Assembly (NCBI GenBank): GCA_965237525.1
Contig: CBDEFO010000008.1
Location: 640,001 to 704,000, forward strand
From: Candidatus Latescibacterota bacterium
GTDB taxonomy: Bacteria > Latescibacterota > CBDEFO01
Direction of reading: 5' to 3'
Length of the DNA stretch: 64,000 nucleotides
Shown here in pieces: positions 46,247 through 56,528 of the stretch (its first letter is position 1; each line of letters starts with the position of its first letter). Position numbers and translations under genes: made by a program. Under the pieces are notes generated by a model. It saw only the letters and a list, made by a program, of their open reading frames with translations, had not been told where the DNA came from and did no database searches.

Positions 46247-46831
46247 CTATTTTACGACATTTCTGATCCAATCCCACACAAAGTCTTTTCCGTCTTTCGT
46301 CCTGGCTGAAAAGGGTACAACAGGAGAAGTCTCGAGTTCGTGTAACAGTTCTCCAAAGGTGTCCGTCTGCAGTTGCAGGTCATTTTTTGAGACTTTGTCA
46401 GATTTTGTCAAAACTAAAAGGAATGGCTTCTTGTAGTAAAGGAGCCATTCCATCATCTTCAGGTCGTTCTTCTGCGGATCGTGTCTTGCATCTATCAGTT
46501 GGATTATACCCTTGAGGTTTTTCCTTTTGAGCAGATAGGGCTCAACTAGATCGCCCCACTGTGCCCTTTCAAATTTGGGAGCCTTTGAAAATCCATATCC
46601 TGGAAGATCGACAAAGTGTAATTTATTATCGATTCTGTAGTAGTTTAAGGATCTTGTCTTGCCGGGTGTAGAACTCGTTTTGGCAAGATTCTTGCGCCTT
46701 AACAGGACATTTATCATGGACGATTTCCCGACGTTCGACCTGCCTGAAAAGGCGACTTCCGGGAGATATCCGCAGGGAAGGTCATCAACTGTGTAAAACG
46801 ATCTTACAAACTCCGCAGATACTATTTTCAT
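46247..46831 (-). CDS. engB: Ribosome biogenesis GTP-binding protein YihA/YsxC
   Basis: 'GRSNVGKSS', 'TSSTPGKT', 'DLPGYG', 'TKSD'. Confidence 0.97.
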   Translation of the reverse strand: MKIVSAEFVRSFYTVDDLPCGYLPEVAFSGRSNVGKSSMINVLLRRKNLAKTSSTPGKTRSLNYYRIDNKLHFVDLPGYGFSKAPKFERAQWGDLVEPYLLKRKNLKGIIQLIDARHDPQKNDLKMMEWLLYYKKPFLLVLTKSDKVSKNDLQLQTDTFGELLHELETSPVVPFSARTKDGKDFVWDWIRNVVK

Positions 46832-46942
46832 AACCTTATAAAAATATCCGGGATCAAGCGTTGACTCCGTATGACAACCCCGGATACTAATAGTAGACAG
46901 GGCCTCTCTTTGCTCCTAACTACTTTCTGCTTCATGCTTGTA

Positions 46943-48184
46943 CTAAGCTCGCCTCTTCTTTATCCTGTAATCTGGCTGTGACCCCTTTTCTATGACATCC
47001 TCAGTAATTACGACGTCTTCGACGTCGTGCATAGATGGGATCTCGTACATAATGTCCAGTATCACATCCTCAAAGACCGCTCTCAATCCCCTTGCACCGG
47101 TGCCCTTCTTCGTGGCTATTTCAACAACTTTCTTTAAGGCGTTATCCTCAAACGAAAGCCTTATGCCGTCCATGTCGAAGAGCTTTCGGTACTGTTTGGT
47201 GATGGCGTTTTTGGGCCTTATGAGTATATCCAGAAGGGCATCTTCGCCCAGATCGTCAAGTGTGCTTACAATAGGGATCCTCCCTATAAGTTCAGGTATA
47301 AATCCGTATTTCAAAAGGTCGTCAGGCTCGACCTGGGCAAGTGTCTCTCCTATGCTCTGCTTGCTGTTATCTTTCACCTTTGCCCTGAAGCCTATTGTCT
47401 TTTTCCCTATCCTGTGGGAGATGACGTCCTCAAGTCCGTCGAAAGCGCCGCCGCAGATGAAGAGTATGTTTTTTGTGTTCATCTGTATTAACGGTTGTTC
47501 CGGGTGCTTCCTCCCACCTTTGGGCGGAACGCTGACTATCGCTCCCTCTAATATCTTCAAGAGGGCCTGTTGGACACCCTCTCCCGAAACGTCCCTTGTG
47601 ATAGAGGGATTAACTGATTTCCGGGAGATTTTATCTATCTCGTCAATATACGCTATTCCTTTTTCGGCGCTGGTAATATTGTAATCGGCAGACTGAAGGA
47701 GTCTCACGAGTACGTTTTCCACGTCCTCTCCCACATATCCCGCCTCAGTAAGGGTGGTCGCATCCACTATGGTGAAGGGCACCTTGAGTATCTTTGCAAG
47801 GGTCTGTGCAAGGAGTGTTTTGCCTGTCCCGGTGGGTCCAATAAGGAGTATGTTGCTCTTTTCAAGTTCGACATCATCCATAGAAGCACTGTTGCCGATG
47901 CGCTTGTAATGATTATAGACGGCCACAGACAGAGACTTCTTCGCCATCTCTTGACCTACAACGTACTCATCCAGACGCTCTCTTATCTCGGCTGGCTTGG
48001 GAAGCGTTATATCCGCGAAGATCGCCTTTTGCTTGGCATCCTCCTCCAGGAGGATCTCGTTGCAGATCCTCAGGCAATCGGTGCATATACTGACCGAAGG
48101 CCCGCTGATCATCTTATCTACCTGACTTGCAGTCTTGTCGCAAAAAGAGCACCTTACATCCGACCTTGAAGATCTTTTTCTCAT
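46943..48184 (-). CDS. clpX: ATP-dependent Clp protease ATP-binding subunit
   Basis: 'CSFC...ICTDC' Zn finger, 'AVYNHYKR', 'GPTGTGKT', 'IDEIDK', 'GARGLR'; likely ATG at 48184. Confidence 0.98.
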   Translation of the reverse strand: MRKRSSRSDVRCSFCDKTASQVDKMISGPSVSICTDCLRICNEILLEEDAKQKAIFADITLPKPAEIRERLDEYVVGQEMAKKSLSVAVYNHYKRIGNSASMDDVELEKSNILLIGPTGTGKTLLAQTLAKILKVPFTIVDATTLTEAGYVGEDVENVLVRLLQSADYNITSAEKGIAYIDEIDKISRKSVNPSITRDVSGEGVQQALLKILEGAIVSVPPKGGRKHPEQPLIQMNTKNILFICGGAFDGLEDVISHRIGKKTIGFRAKVKDNSKQSIGETLAQVEPDDLLKYGFIPELIGRIPIVSTLDDLGEDALLDILIRPKNAITKQYRKLFDMDGIRLSFEDNALKKVVEIATKKGTGARGLRAVFEDVILDIMYEIPSMHDVEDVVITEDVIEKGSQPDYRIKKRRA

Positions 48185-48294
48185 AGCTGTCCTTTCTCTA
48201 CCGTGAAAATTTGCAGGCACTCCAAGTTTAGTAGAAAGCAAACAGTAAACAATTTACTGGTAAGGGAGAGGGGCTCTGACTACTCACTACTTTT

Positions 48295-48908
48295 TTAGTC
48301 TTCGTCCTCAATTTCGTCTTCATCTTCCTTCTGTGTGGAGATGACTTCATCTATAAGGCCGTATTCTACTGACTCTTGGGGAGACATAAAGAAGTTCCTG
48401 TCGGTGTCCTTTTCGATCTTTTCTATCGGCTGACCCGTGTGTTCGGATAGGATCTTGTTGAGACTCTGCCGCATTCTGACTATCTCCTGGGCGTGGATAT
48501 CTATATCTGAGGCCTGACCTCCGACCTGCCCCCAGGGCTGGTGCATCATAATCCTTGCGTGCGGAAGCGCAAATCTTTTGCCGTTGGTCCCCGCAGCCAA
48601 AAGGACCGCGCCCATACTTGCGGCTTCTCCCATGCATATAGTGGAAATGTCGGGTTTTATAAATTGCATAGTATCATATACAGCTAACCCAGATGATACG
48701 AACCCACCGGGGGTGTTGATATAGACTGATATTTCCTTTTCGGGGTCCTCGGACGCCAGAGCAAAAGCTGGGCGATCACCAAATTGGCTATCGTATCGTC
48801 TATAGGCATCCCTATAAATATAATCCTCTCCTTCAAAAGACGGGAGAAGATGTCCATTGCCCTTTCGCCCCGGCCCGTCTGTTCTATTACCATCGGAACT
48901 AAAGCCAT
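48295..48908 (-). CDS. clpP: Clp protease proteolytic subunit, with a 1-nt frameshift near 48760 (real or assembly error)
   Basis: '[29 protein letters not shown]' joins '[19 protein letters not shown]...AASMG...MMHQP'; span 614 nt. Confidence 0.93.
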
Positions 48909-48924
48909 AGTTCTCCTCTACTTT

Positions 48925-50217
48925 TCAAGCCTTGATTATCTTCTTTTCCTTTATGACTTTTTCTTCCTTTACGTCCGCATTTTCGATCAAAACGGACATA
49001 ACCTTTTCTTCCAACATGTCAAACTTTATGTTGTCTATGCTATTGTCCCTTTCCAATTTCCTCCTCATCTCCAACGGTGACATATTATTAATTTGAGCAA
49101 GTTCCTTTACTCTGCTTTCGACCTCTTCATCTGTAACCTCAAGGCCTTCTTTTTCGGCGATAGCATCCAAGAGCACACGCCACTTGGTCCTTTTCAAAGC
49201 CTCATCACGGCCTTGCTTCCTTATCTTCTCCTCATCAACGTCCTTGTATTTTTCTCTTATGTTACTCAAGTAAGCTTCAATATAGCTTTCGACCATCGCC
49301 TGGGGGACTTCAAAGTCGTTGGCTTCCACTATTTGATCTTTTAGACTGTTTTGCATCTTCTCGGTTGAGATATAGCTGACTTCTCTTTCTAATTTCTTCC
49401 TAACAGCAGCTCTTAAATCCTCAAGTGACGCGTAATCACCCACATCTTTGGCAAACTCCTCGTCTAAATCGGGGACTATCCTTTCTTTTACGTCCTTAAC
49501 TGCGACCTGAACGTGGTACTCTCTGCCAGCAAGGCTTCTATCTTCCAGGTCTTCGTTGTACTTGAACCTTATCTTCCTCTGTTCTCCCTTCTTAATTCCA
49601 ACTAATTGATTATCGAAATCCCGGCTGGTGGAGTTCTCTCCCCCTATTTGTATGAGCTGGTCTTCAGATTTTTCCCCGACAAGGGGGACACCATCAGGAG
49701 AAAGTTCCTGTAAATCCATAAGCAGAAGATCTCCCACCTTTGCCTGGCGTTCTACGCCCTGTTCTAAAGAGTGTCCTTCCTGAATATATTTCAGCCTCTC
49801 CTCAACATCTTTGTCGGCGACCTCGTATATCTCCTTAATCACCCTTATATCTTCATATCCTTGGGGGTCTATATCGGGCTTCACCTCCACGGAAGCTGTG
49901 AACTTGAGCGGTTGTCCTTCTTCGTACTCGATCTGATCTATGGAGGCCTGACTGACCGGTTCTATATCCTGGGAGTGTATCGCCTCATTGTATAAAATGG
50001 GCAGAAGGTCATTTAAGACTTCCGCCTCGATGGAGCTCCCGATGCGGATCTTAATTATATCTACAGGTACCTTTCCCTTTCTAAAGCCCGGAATCTGCAT
50101 TGTCCTTCTGTACTTTTTGTAGACTTTGTCCAGTTCCCTCTGTACTCTCTCGGGCGGAGCTTCAATCTCCAGTTCCCTTTTGACAGAGTTGGTCTCTTTG
50201 ACCGTTACTTTAAGCAT
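48925..50217 (-). CDS. tig: Trigger factor
   Basis: 'IPGFRKGKVP'; tig-clpP-clpX synteny. Confidence 0.96.
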   Translation of the reverse strand: MLKVTVKETNSVKRELEIEAPPERVQRELDKVYKKYRRTMQIPGFRKGKVPVDIIKIRIGSSIEAEVLNDLLPILYNEAIHSQDIEPVSQASIDQIEYEEGQPLKFTASVEVKPDIDPQGYEDIRVIKEIYEVADKDVEERLKYIQEGHSLEQGVERQAKVGDLLLMDLQELSPDGVPLVGEKSEDQLIQIGGENSTSRDFDNQLVGIKKGEQRKIRFKYNEDLEDRSLAGREYHVQVAVKDVKERIVPDLDEEFAKDVGDYASLEDLRAAVRKKLEREVSYISTEKMQNSLKDQIVEANDFEVPQAMVESYIEAYLSNIREKYKDVDEEKIRKQGRDEALKRTKWRVLLDAIAEKEGLEVTDEEVESRVKELAQINNMSPLEMRRKLERDNSIDNIKFDMLEEKVMSVLIENADVKEEKVIKEKKIIKA

Positions 50218-50556
50218 CTACATCCTTTCTTTTAGAGTAGCCAAGGGAACCTCTCCCTTGCCTATTTACTACTCAATCTGAGCCCGCAGGAGCGCCGTGG
50301 GCCCAAAGCTGTTTCCTGATGCGTCCGTTGCTAGCTATAACACGGAAAAGTATGGATGCTTCCCAGCTATAGCTTGACCAGCAAAAAGTGGGGTCTTTCG
50401 CCCGATGGCCGTGTTTAGACAGAAAGGTCTCAATCTGCCCATGCCTCCTGTTCTTCGCTTGAACAGGCGAACTCACGGATACCACCAATGCTTTCATCGG
50501 TATGCAACTTGACGTAAGTAAACCTAGGACCGGCCATGAATGGTACAGGACGAATT

Positions 50557-51469
50557 TCAAGTTGCGTAATCGTCAGGGTTATTCTTTCGCCAGTTCGGAA
50601 GGTAGCCTTCCCTTTTCCCAAATCCATAAGACGGACCGATTTGGATTTCAGTTGAGCAAGGCCACGCTTGTCCACCTATGATCCGATATTCATCTCCCTT
50701 TCCGCACAACCAATAGAACATATGAGCAAAGTATCTGGCCACGCCATGACCACCATAATAGGCAGTGCGAAAGTCAAAGTTCGGTTCAATAATCCAATCT
50801 CTTTCGGGAGGTACCGTTCGCCAGTAATTGTATTTCAGCATGTGACGGACCCCGTCTGCCGTGGATTCTCCCCTTCGATGTAGAATACTTTGAGAATGTA
50901 TGCCTATGGTCCCGGCGGGGTCCCTCAGTTGGAACGCCTTTTTCGCCCGCATCAGGACGGGCGGGGCCGATATGCGACCCTGGCACCAACTCAGTTGGTC
51001 CCATCTCAAGTGGGGTGTCCTGGGGAAAGTAAAAGACTTCGATAAAATTGATTTCAGGACCAAATATGTGGTCCGCATCACGATGCCATGCCTGGGCTGT
51101 ACCCGGACATTCACAACGGTGACTACTCACCAGAACTGGCAGACCCACGTTCCTACCAAGTAACGAGCGTAATACACCTGCTACTTGTGGATTCAGAAGG
51201 ACATGCTCAATAAACCAATCCTCCAGAAGGATTGTGCTTGGTCCACGCGAGTTGCGAATTCTCTCCAAATCCTCACGTGTGAGTCCCTCAGGAATGAAAC
51301 TGGGTTCAGCAGATATCTTTCCGTTCAAATAGTCACATGTTCGTTGATTAATATTTTCAGGGACAACGCCTTGAAGAAGTAGGAAACCATTTCTGCAAAA
51401 TTCCAGAACCTGTGAGTTGCTCAGGCTGGGATCGCAGTCAAATGTTCGATTAAGGCTATCGTATTTCAT
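50557..51469 (-). pseudogene. PhyH-family dioxygenase gene with +1 frameshift in a homopolymer
   Basis: 'QAWHRD', 'FYFPQDTPLEMGPTELVPGSH' then 'GPAGTIGIH..ILHRR' after a shift at 50917-50920. Confidence 0.8.
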
Positions 51470-51739
51470 CGTGAATCATCTCAAGCTTTCCGACCCATCT
51501 CTTACTTTGAACTCGCAGCCAGTAAGTGTAAGAATAGTATCATTTGTTCAAAAGCAGTAAATCATATCAGTAGCTGTCATAGCAGGAATGTCACCGACAT
51601 GTCTGTTCGAGAATGGCGGCCTTTCATTACACCTCAAAGCCTCAGGCTGCACTAAGAATCCTGTTCGATCAAAACGGAATTGCTTCTTATCAGTCATAGT
51701 CATAAGTTATCGCTACGTAAAGGCATCCTACTAATCTGC

Positions 51740-51827
<88 letters not shown>

Positions 51828-51854
51828 TATTCGGCTCGCTTTGCAACACAGAAA

Positions 51855-51883
51855 AATATAACACTATAGCGCGAACTTGTCAA
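51855..51883 (-). promoter_or_regulatory. Sigma70-type promoter for tRNA-Leu
   Basis: TTGACA-N17-TATATT on the minus strand. Confidence 0.75.
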
Positions 51884-51894
51884 ATAGTTTTGCG

Positions 51895-53238
51895 CTAAGC
51901 AAACATCTTCTCCACATCGGATATAGCCGAGGGCAAGGAGAAGATTACGGCCCTGTCATCGGGTTCAATTACGCTATCAGGTCTGGGGGAGGTCACCTTC
52001 CCATCTTTGACAAGCATGCCTAAGGTCGCGCCCTTGGGAAACTTTACATCTATTAAGGCTTTGCCCACTATCTTGGAGTCCCTGTTGGCTATCAGTTCTA
52101 TCACCTCAGCGTCCATACCCTTTATCCCCACCACTGAGACTATCCTACCGCGCCGCACAAACCTTAAGATTGTGTTTACAGTCGAGGAGTTCGGGTCAAC
52201 TGCTGCATCTATCCCTATGCTCGGCATCAGGGGTAGATAGTGCGGCTGGGTCACAATAGTGATGACTTTCTTTACGCCTATATGCTTGGCCAAAAGGCAC
52301 GCAAGGATATTAGTCTCTTGGTCGTCGGTCGCTGCCACCAGGCCGTCCATGTCCAATATCCCCTCCCTCGCCAAAAGGTCTATGTCCGTCCCGTCTCCGT
52401 GCAGGACCAGGACTTTGTCCATCTCATCGGCAAGGGACTGGGACCTTTCTCTGTCCGATTCGACCATCTTGACCTGGAGCTCTTCGTCTGCTAATAGCCT
52501 TGCGGCGTTTTTTGCCACTCGAGAGCCGCCGAGTATCATAACCCTTTGAAGTTTGTGGCTCCTTTCGCCCGTGAGCTTCACCACATCCTCTATCGACTCA
52601 GATTCGGCCATCACAAATACCTGATCGTTTATCCTTAGATAGTCATCGGCAGATGGGATGATCGTCCTTTCTGCCCTGTTTATGGCGACTACCCAAAAAT
52701 AGAGACCGGGAACGCTGGAACCTACATCTTTCAGCGTGCGGTTGACTATCGGAGAGTTCCTGTCTAACTTCAGGCCTATAAGCTGTATTTTGCCATCCTC
52801 GAACTCCACTATGTCTGTTGCCGCCGACATCTTTAAAAGCCTTACGGCCTCCTCTGCCGCCTCCTCCTCAGGGTTTATCATCAGGTCTATATTCAGCTTT
52901 TGGGGACTCAAAGCGGATGACCCTGTAAAGTATTCAGGATTTCGAACTCTGGCGACTTTCGTCTTTACGCTGAACTCTGAGGCGATCAAACAGGAGACGA
53001 TATTCACCTCGTCGGAGTCGGTAACAGCCAAGAAGATGTCGGCGTCATCTGCCCCGACATCTTTCAGCACCTTTGTGCTCGTTCCGCTCCCCCTCACCGT
53101 CAGAACGTCCATCTGCTCCGCGACACGGCGTCTTCGGTCTTCGTCCTTATCAACGACGATTATATCGTGTTCTTCCTTAGATAGATGCTCTGCGACACGG
53201 CGCCCGACTGTTCCTGCCCCGACCACTACTATTTTCAT
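51895..53238 (-). CDS. trkA: Trk potassium uptake NAD-binding subunit
   Basis: Two RCK domains: 'IVVVGAGTVG', 'AVTDSDEVN', 'ARVRN', 'VMILGGS', 'HGDGTD'. Confidence 0.96.
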   Translation of the reverse strand: MKIVVVGAGTVGRRVAEHLSKEEHDIIVVDKDEDRRRRVAEQMDVLTVRGSGTSTKVLKDVGADDADIFLAVTDSDEVNIVSCLIASEFSVKTKVARVRNPEYFTGSSALSPQKLNIDLMINPEEEAAEEAVRLLKMSAATDIVEFEDGKIQLIGLKLDRNSPIVNRTLKDVGSSVPGLYFWVVAINRAERTIIPSADDYLRINDQVFVMAESESIEDVVKLTGERSHKLQRVMILGGSRVAKNAARLLADEELQVKMVESDRERSQSLADEMDKVLVLHGDGTDIDLLAREGILDMDGLVAATDDQETNILACLLAKHIGVKKVITIVTQPHYLPLMPSIGIDAAVDPNSSTVNTILRFVRRGRIVSVVGIKGMDAEVIELIANRDSKIVGKALIDVKFPKGATLGMLVKDGKVTSPRPDSVIEPDDRAVIFSLPSAISDVEKMFA

Positions 53239-53249
53239 TTTCCCCCCTA

Positions 53250-54935
53250 CTAAGCCCTAAACAGTTCTCCCATCCTTCGACCTAGAAATCTCCCCGCTAA
53301 AAATAGGCTCAAAGACAAAAGGATCATCCCCAACATCCCCATAGCGCTGGCTATATACTGCCCGTCTGAGATGCGCGCCAGTAGATGGTAGATTGCTTTG
53401 GTAATGGGATAGTACTGCTCCTTAAACGCCAGAATAAGGCTGTCGCTGACCTCCAACATCGCAAATGAAAAGCACAATACCATTCCCGCAACTAAATTTG
53501 CCAAGATCAGTGGGAAGGTTATCTTTATAAAAGTTCTAAAAGGACCTGCTCCCATATTCAGCGATGCCTCCTCGAGAGTTATGCTCGTCTGCTGAAATCC
53601 CGCATAGGCGGACCTAACCATGAATGGAAGTCTCCTTACAGCATAGCTTATAACCAAAAGGGGCATAGGATTTTGCCTTGCGTCCAAGAATGTGCCTGAA
53701 AACGATGCTAAGTATCCGAAAGCTAAAACCAGGCCCGGAAGTGCCAGTGGCAGCATGGATACGGAATCCAAGACGTTCTTGAAGGGAATATTCTTTCGCG
53801 ACAGAAGATAAGCTATGCTTATGCCAAGCACTATATCCACAACTGTGCTCATGATGCTCAAAAGGAAGCTGTTCTTCACACTAAGCAAAGCCAATTTGTG
53901 TGTGAACACGCTCTTGTAATGCATTAAGGTCGTCTCCTCAGGCAGGATGGTCATAAACCATCTGTCGGAAATAGAGGTCAAAAAGATGCTTATGTGAGGA
54001 ATAAGAGCCACAAAGGTTATCATCAGCATCACTGCATATATAAAGAGTGTCGTCGAAATGGACGCCCTTTTTGCTCCGGAGACTACATGCCCTCTAGCTA
54101 CCATCTCGTAGCGCCCGCTCCCAAGAAACACCTTGGACAAAAGGAAGAATATCACCGTCACTGCTATGACGATGACCACCATAGCGTACCCCATCGGATT
54201 TTCGTGTATGTCCGAGACCATATTGAATATCTGGACGGGGATGACTCTTTGATACTCAAATATAAGTGGCGTTCCAAGGTCTGTAAAGGCCCAGATAAAG
54301 ACTATTATCGCTCCGGCAAAGTACCCAGGGAGCATCAATGGAAATGTGATGGATCGAAAGAGCTTAAACCCGGAAGCGCCTACGTTCCTTGCTGCCTCCT
54401 CCAGACTCGGATCTATATTGGCTAAAGCCGCTGCCACATTCAGATACATAATAGGATAAAGATGCAGTACCTCTATGATCACAACTCCCGAAAATCCGCC
54501 GCCGCCGAACCAGTCTATCGGAGAATCTATAAGTCCTGTCTTGAACAGCAAAAGATTGATAGATCCGAATCGGGAAAACATCTGTTTCATTCCTATAGCT
54601 CCCACAAAAGGGGGCAAAACTAAAGGAACTAAAATAAGTCCATTTAAAAGGTCTTTGCCTTTGAAATGGTACTTTACCAGTATAAACGCCATAGGCAGGC
54701 TAAGTAAAGTCGTAGCGATGGTGACTGCTATTCCCAGATTTACACTATTTATTATAGCTTCTCTAAAAATCGGGTTGACAAATATAAGTTTGATGAACGC
54801 TAAAGTGAAGCTACCGTCTGAATAGAAGGTATTTTTGAAGACGTACGACAGGGGATAAAGCAGAAATAAAACAAAAAAGATCGTCAGGATAACAAGGAAA
54901 CTGACGGTCTTTATATCTAAATCGTATCTTTTCAT
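53250..54935 (-). CDS. Fe(III)/thiamine-type ABC transporter permease (FbpB-like)
   Basis: Two EAA loops 'SLEEAARNVGA' and 'TLEEASLNMGA'; 'LPPFVGA'. Confidence 0.9.
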   Translation of the reverse strand: MKRYDLDIKTVSFLVILTIFFVLFLLYPLSYVFKNTFYSDGSFTLAFIKLIFVNPIFREAIINSVNLGIAVTIATTLLSLPMAFILVKYHFKGKDLLNGLILVPLVLPPFVGAIGMKQMFSRFGSINLLLFKTGLIDSPIDWFGGGGFSGVVIIEVLHLYPIMYLNVAAALANIDPSLEEAARNVGASGFKLFRSITFPLMLPGYFAGAIIVFIWAFTDLGTPLIFEYQRVIPVQIFNMVSDIHENPMGYAMVVIVIAVTVIFFLLSKVFLGSGRYEMVARGHVVSGAKRASISTTLFIYAVMLMITFVALIPHISIFLTSISDRWFMTILPEETTLMHYKSVFTHKLALLSVKNSFLLSIMSTVVDIVLGISIAYLLSRKNIPFKNVLDSVSMLPLALPGLVLAFGYLASFSGTFLDARQNPMPLLVISYAVRRLPFMVRSAYAGFQQTSITLEEASLNMGAGPFRTFIKITFPLILANLVAGMVLCFSFAMLEVSDSLILAFKEQYYPITKAIYHLLARISDGQYIASAMGMLGMILLSLSLFLAGRFLGRRMGELFRA

Positions 54936-54936
54936 A

Positions 54937-56046
54937 CTATTCCTTCAATATTATTACATCCTTCGGATCGAAAGATAAGTTCGCGTTTTGACCTGATAGA
55001 GCTTTTTGTTCGGCGGGCTTGTGCTCTACAGCCTTCAACAAAGTTCCGTCATTGAGCCTCACAAAATACTGCTCGTTGTCGCCCATGTACAAAACGCTTT
55101 CCACCTTGCCCGAAAGCTTGTTCGGGGTGGCAGATCCATTTACGTCTGATTCTGCTCTGTCTCCCGATACCACGATGAGTTCCGGTCGGATGGAACAGGT
55201 CACTTCCTCTCCTATCTCCGAGCAAATTTCATTGTGTATAGAAGAAACTATTTTACCGACAGTGGTATCCACAAAGATTCCCTGCTGTGGTCCGGGAGCA
55301 GACGTTCTCTGCGAGACCTTTCCCTTTATAAAGTTCGTCTCACCTATGAATCCAGCTACAAAGACGCTCTTTGGTCTTGCATAGATCTCTCTGGGAGGCG
55401 CCACCTGAACCACCTTCCCCATATCCATCACAGCCATCCTATCTGCCATACACAGCGCCTCAGTCTGATCGTGTGTGACATAGACCATGGTAACACCTAA
55501 TTCCTGATGGATGCGCTTTATCCTCTCCCTCATCTCTATCCTCAGTTTTGCGTCCAGATTGGAAAGCGGCTCGTCCATAAGCACAGCGTCAGGTTCTACC
55601 ACCAGCGCTCTTGCCAGGGCTACCCTTTGTTGTTGTCCTCCGGAAAGTTGATTCGGGGAGCGTTCTCTGTAACGCTCCATTTCGACTATCTCAAGCGCCC
55701 TTTGAACCCTCGTTTCCTTATTCGCCTTGGACACATCCCTCATATTGAGCCCGTACTCTACATTCTTGTAAACTGTCATATGGGGCCACAAAGCGTAGTT
55801 TTGAAAAACCATTCCTGTATTTCGCTTATGCGGCGGAACAGCGCTTATATCCCTGTTGTCAAACAGAATGCCTCCCTCGTCAGGGCTGTAAAATCCCGCA
55901 ATTATCCTGAGTATGGTCGTCTTGCCACAACCTGAAGGTCCCAAAAGGAAAAAGAGCTCTCCTTCTTCTATCGTCAGATCTACGTTGTCCACTGCTACGG
56001 TATCAGCGAATCGTTTTGTAACACCACGAAGACAGATGCTTACCAT
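54937..56046 (-). CDS. ABC transporter ATP-binding protein (FbpC/PotA-like, TOBE domain)
   Basis: 'GPSGCGKTT', 'LSGGQQQR', 'MDEPLSNLD', 'VTHDQ'. Confidence 0.95.
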   Translation of the reverse strand: MVSICLRGVTKRFADTVAVDNVDLTIEEGELFFLLGPSGCGKTTILRIIAGFYSPDEGGILFDNRDISAVPPHKRNTGMVFQNYALWPHMTVYKNVEYGLNMRDVSKANKETRVQRALEIVEMERYRERSPNQLSGGQQQRVALARALVVEPDAVLMDEPLSNLDAKLRIEMRERIKRIHQELGVTMVYVTHDQTEALCMADRMAVMDMGKVVQVAPPREIYARPKSVFVAGFIGETNFIKGKVSQRTSAPGPQQGIFVDTTVGKIVSSIHNEICSEIGEEVTCSIRPELIVVSGDRAESDVNGSATPNKLSGKVESVLYMGDNEQYFVRLNDGTLLKAVEHKPAEQKALSGQNANLSFDPKDVIILKE

Positions 56047-56225
56047 TTACGCCTCTTTTACGCCGTTCAAATCCGTCAGACAGTAGCCCCCGATCTCCGA
56101 TAGTCCCCGATAGGTTCAATCGGGGGTAGACAGTGCATTCTTTCTTCCCCACTGCTGTCTATACAGCTATCCTCCACAATCAAAATATAACCAATATTGA
56201 GGGAATTTCCATCTATTTTTTTGCT

Positions 56226-56474
56226 TTATCCCCCTTTACCCTCTGTCTTTCCGTTGCCTCCTTCGCTTGATTCGACTTCGGCCTTTGGGGGCGTGCGCTT
56301 TATCACCCTATCTTTTAAGCCGGCAACAGTTTCCTTTGCCCTTAAAGCCGTGTTTTTGGCCCTATTGGAGACCAAAAAGAGGCTTACTCCTGCCCCGAAG
56401 AGGGATCCTATTACAAAGCCACAATAGAAATAGTTGCTTCTCTTGCTGTTTTTGTTACCGCATCGGAACAACAT
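56226..56474 (-). CDS. Small YtxH-like membrane protein
   Basis: 'FYCGFVIGSLFGAGVSLFL' followed by a charged tail; GGAGG RBS. Confidence 0.6.
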   Translation of the reverse strand: MLFRCGNKNSKRSNYFYCGFVIGSLFGAGVSLFLVSNRAKNTALRAKETVAGLKDRVIKRTPPKAEVESSEGGNGKTEGKGG

Positions 56475-56528
56475 AAGTCACACCTCCTGGATAGAATACA
56501 TAGTAGACAGTGCGGGATAATATCTTGT

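Noticed and set aside
46992..47684. Long antisense ORFs (here and opposite trkA, pyk, gap and the S8 protease)
   Set aside because: Shadow frames of well-supported genes, with no motifs
50273..50675. Short ORFs between tig and the PhyH gene
   Set aside because: No recognisable motifs; one overlaps the PhyH 3' end; coding status unsupported
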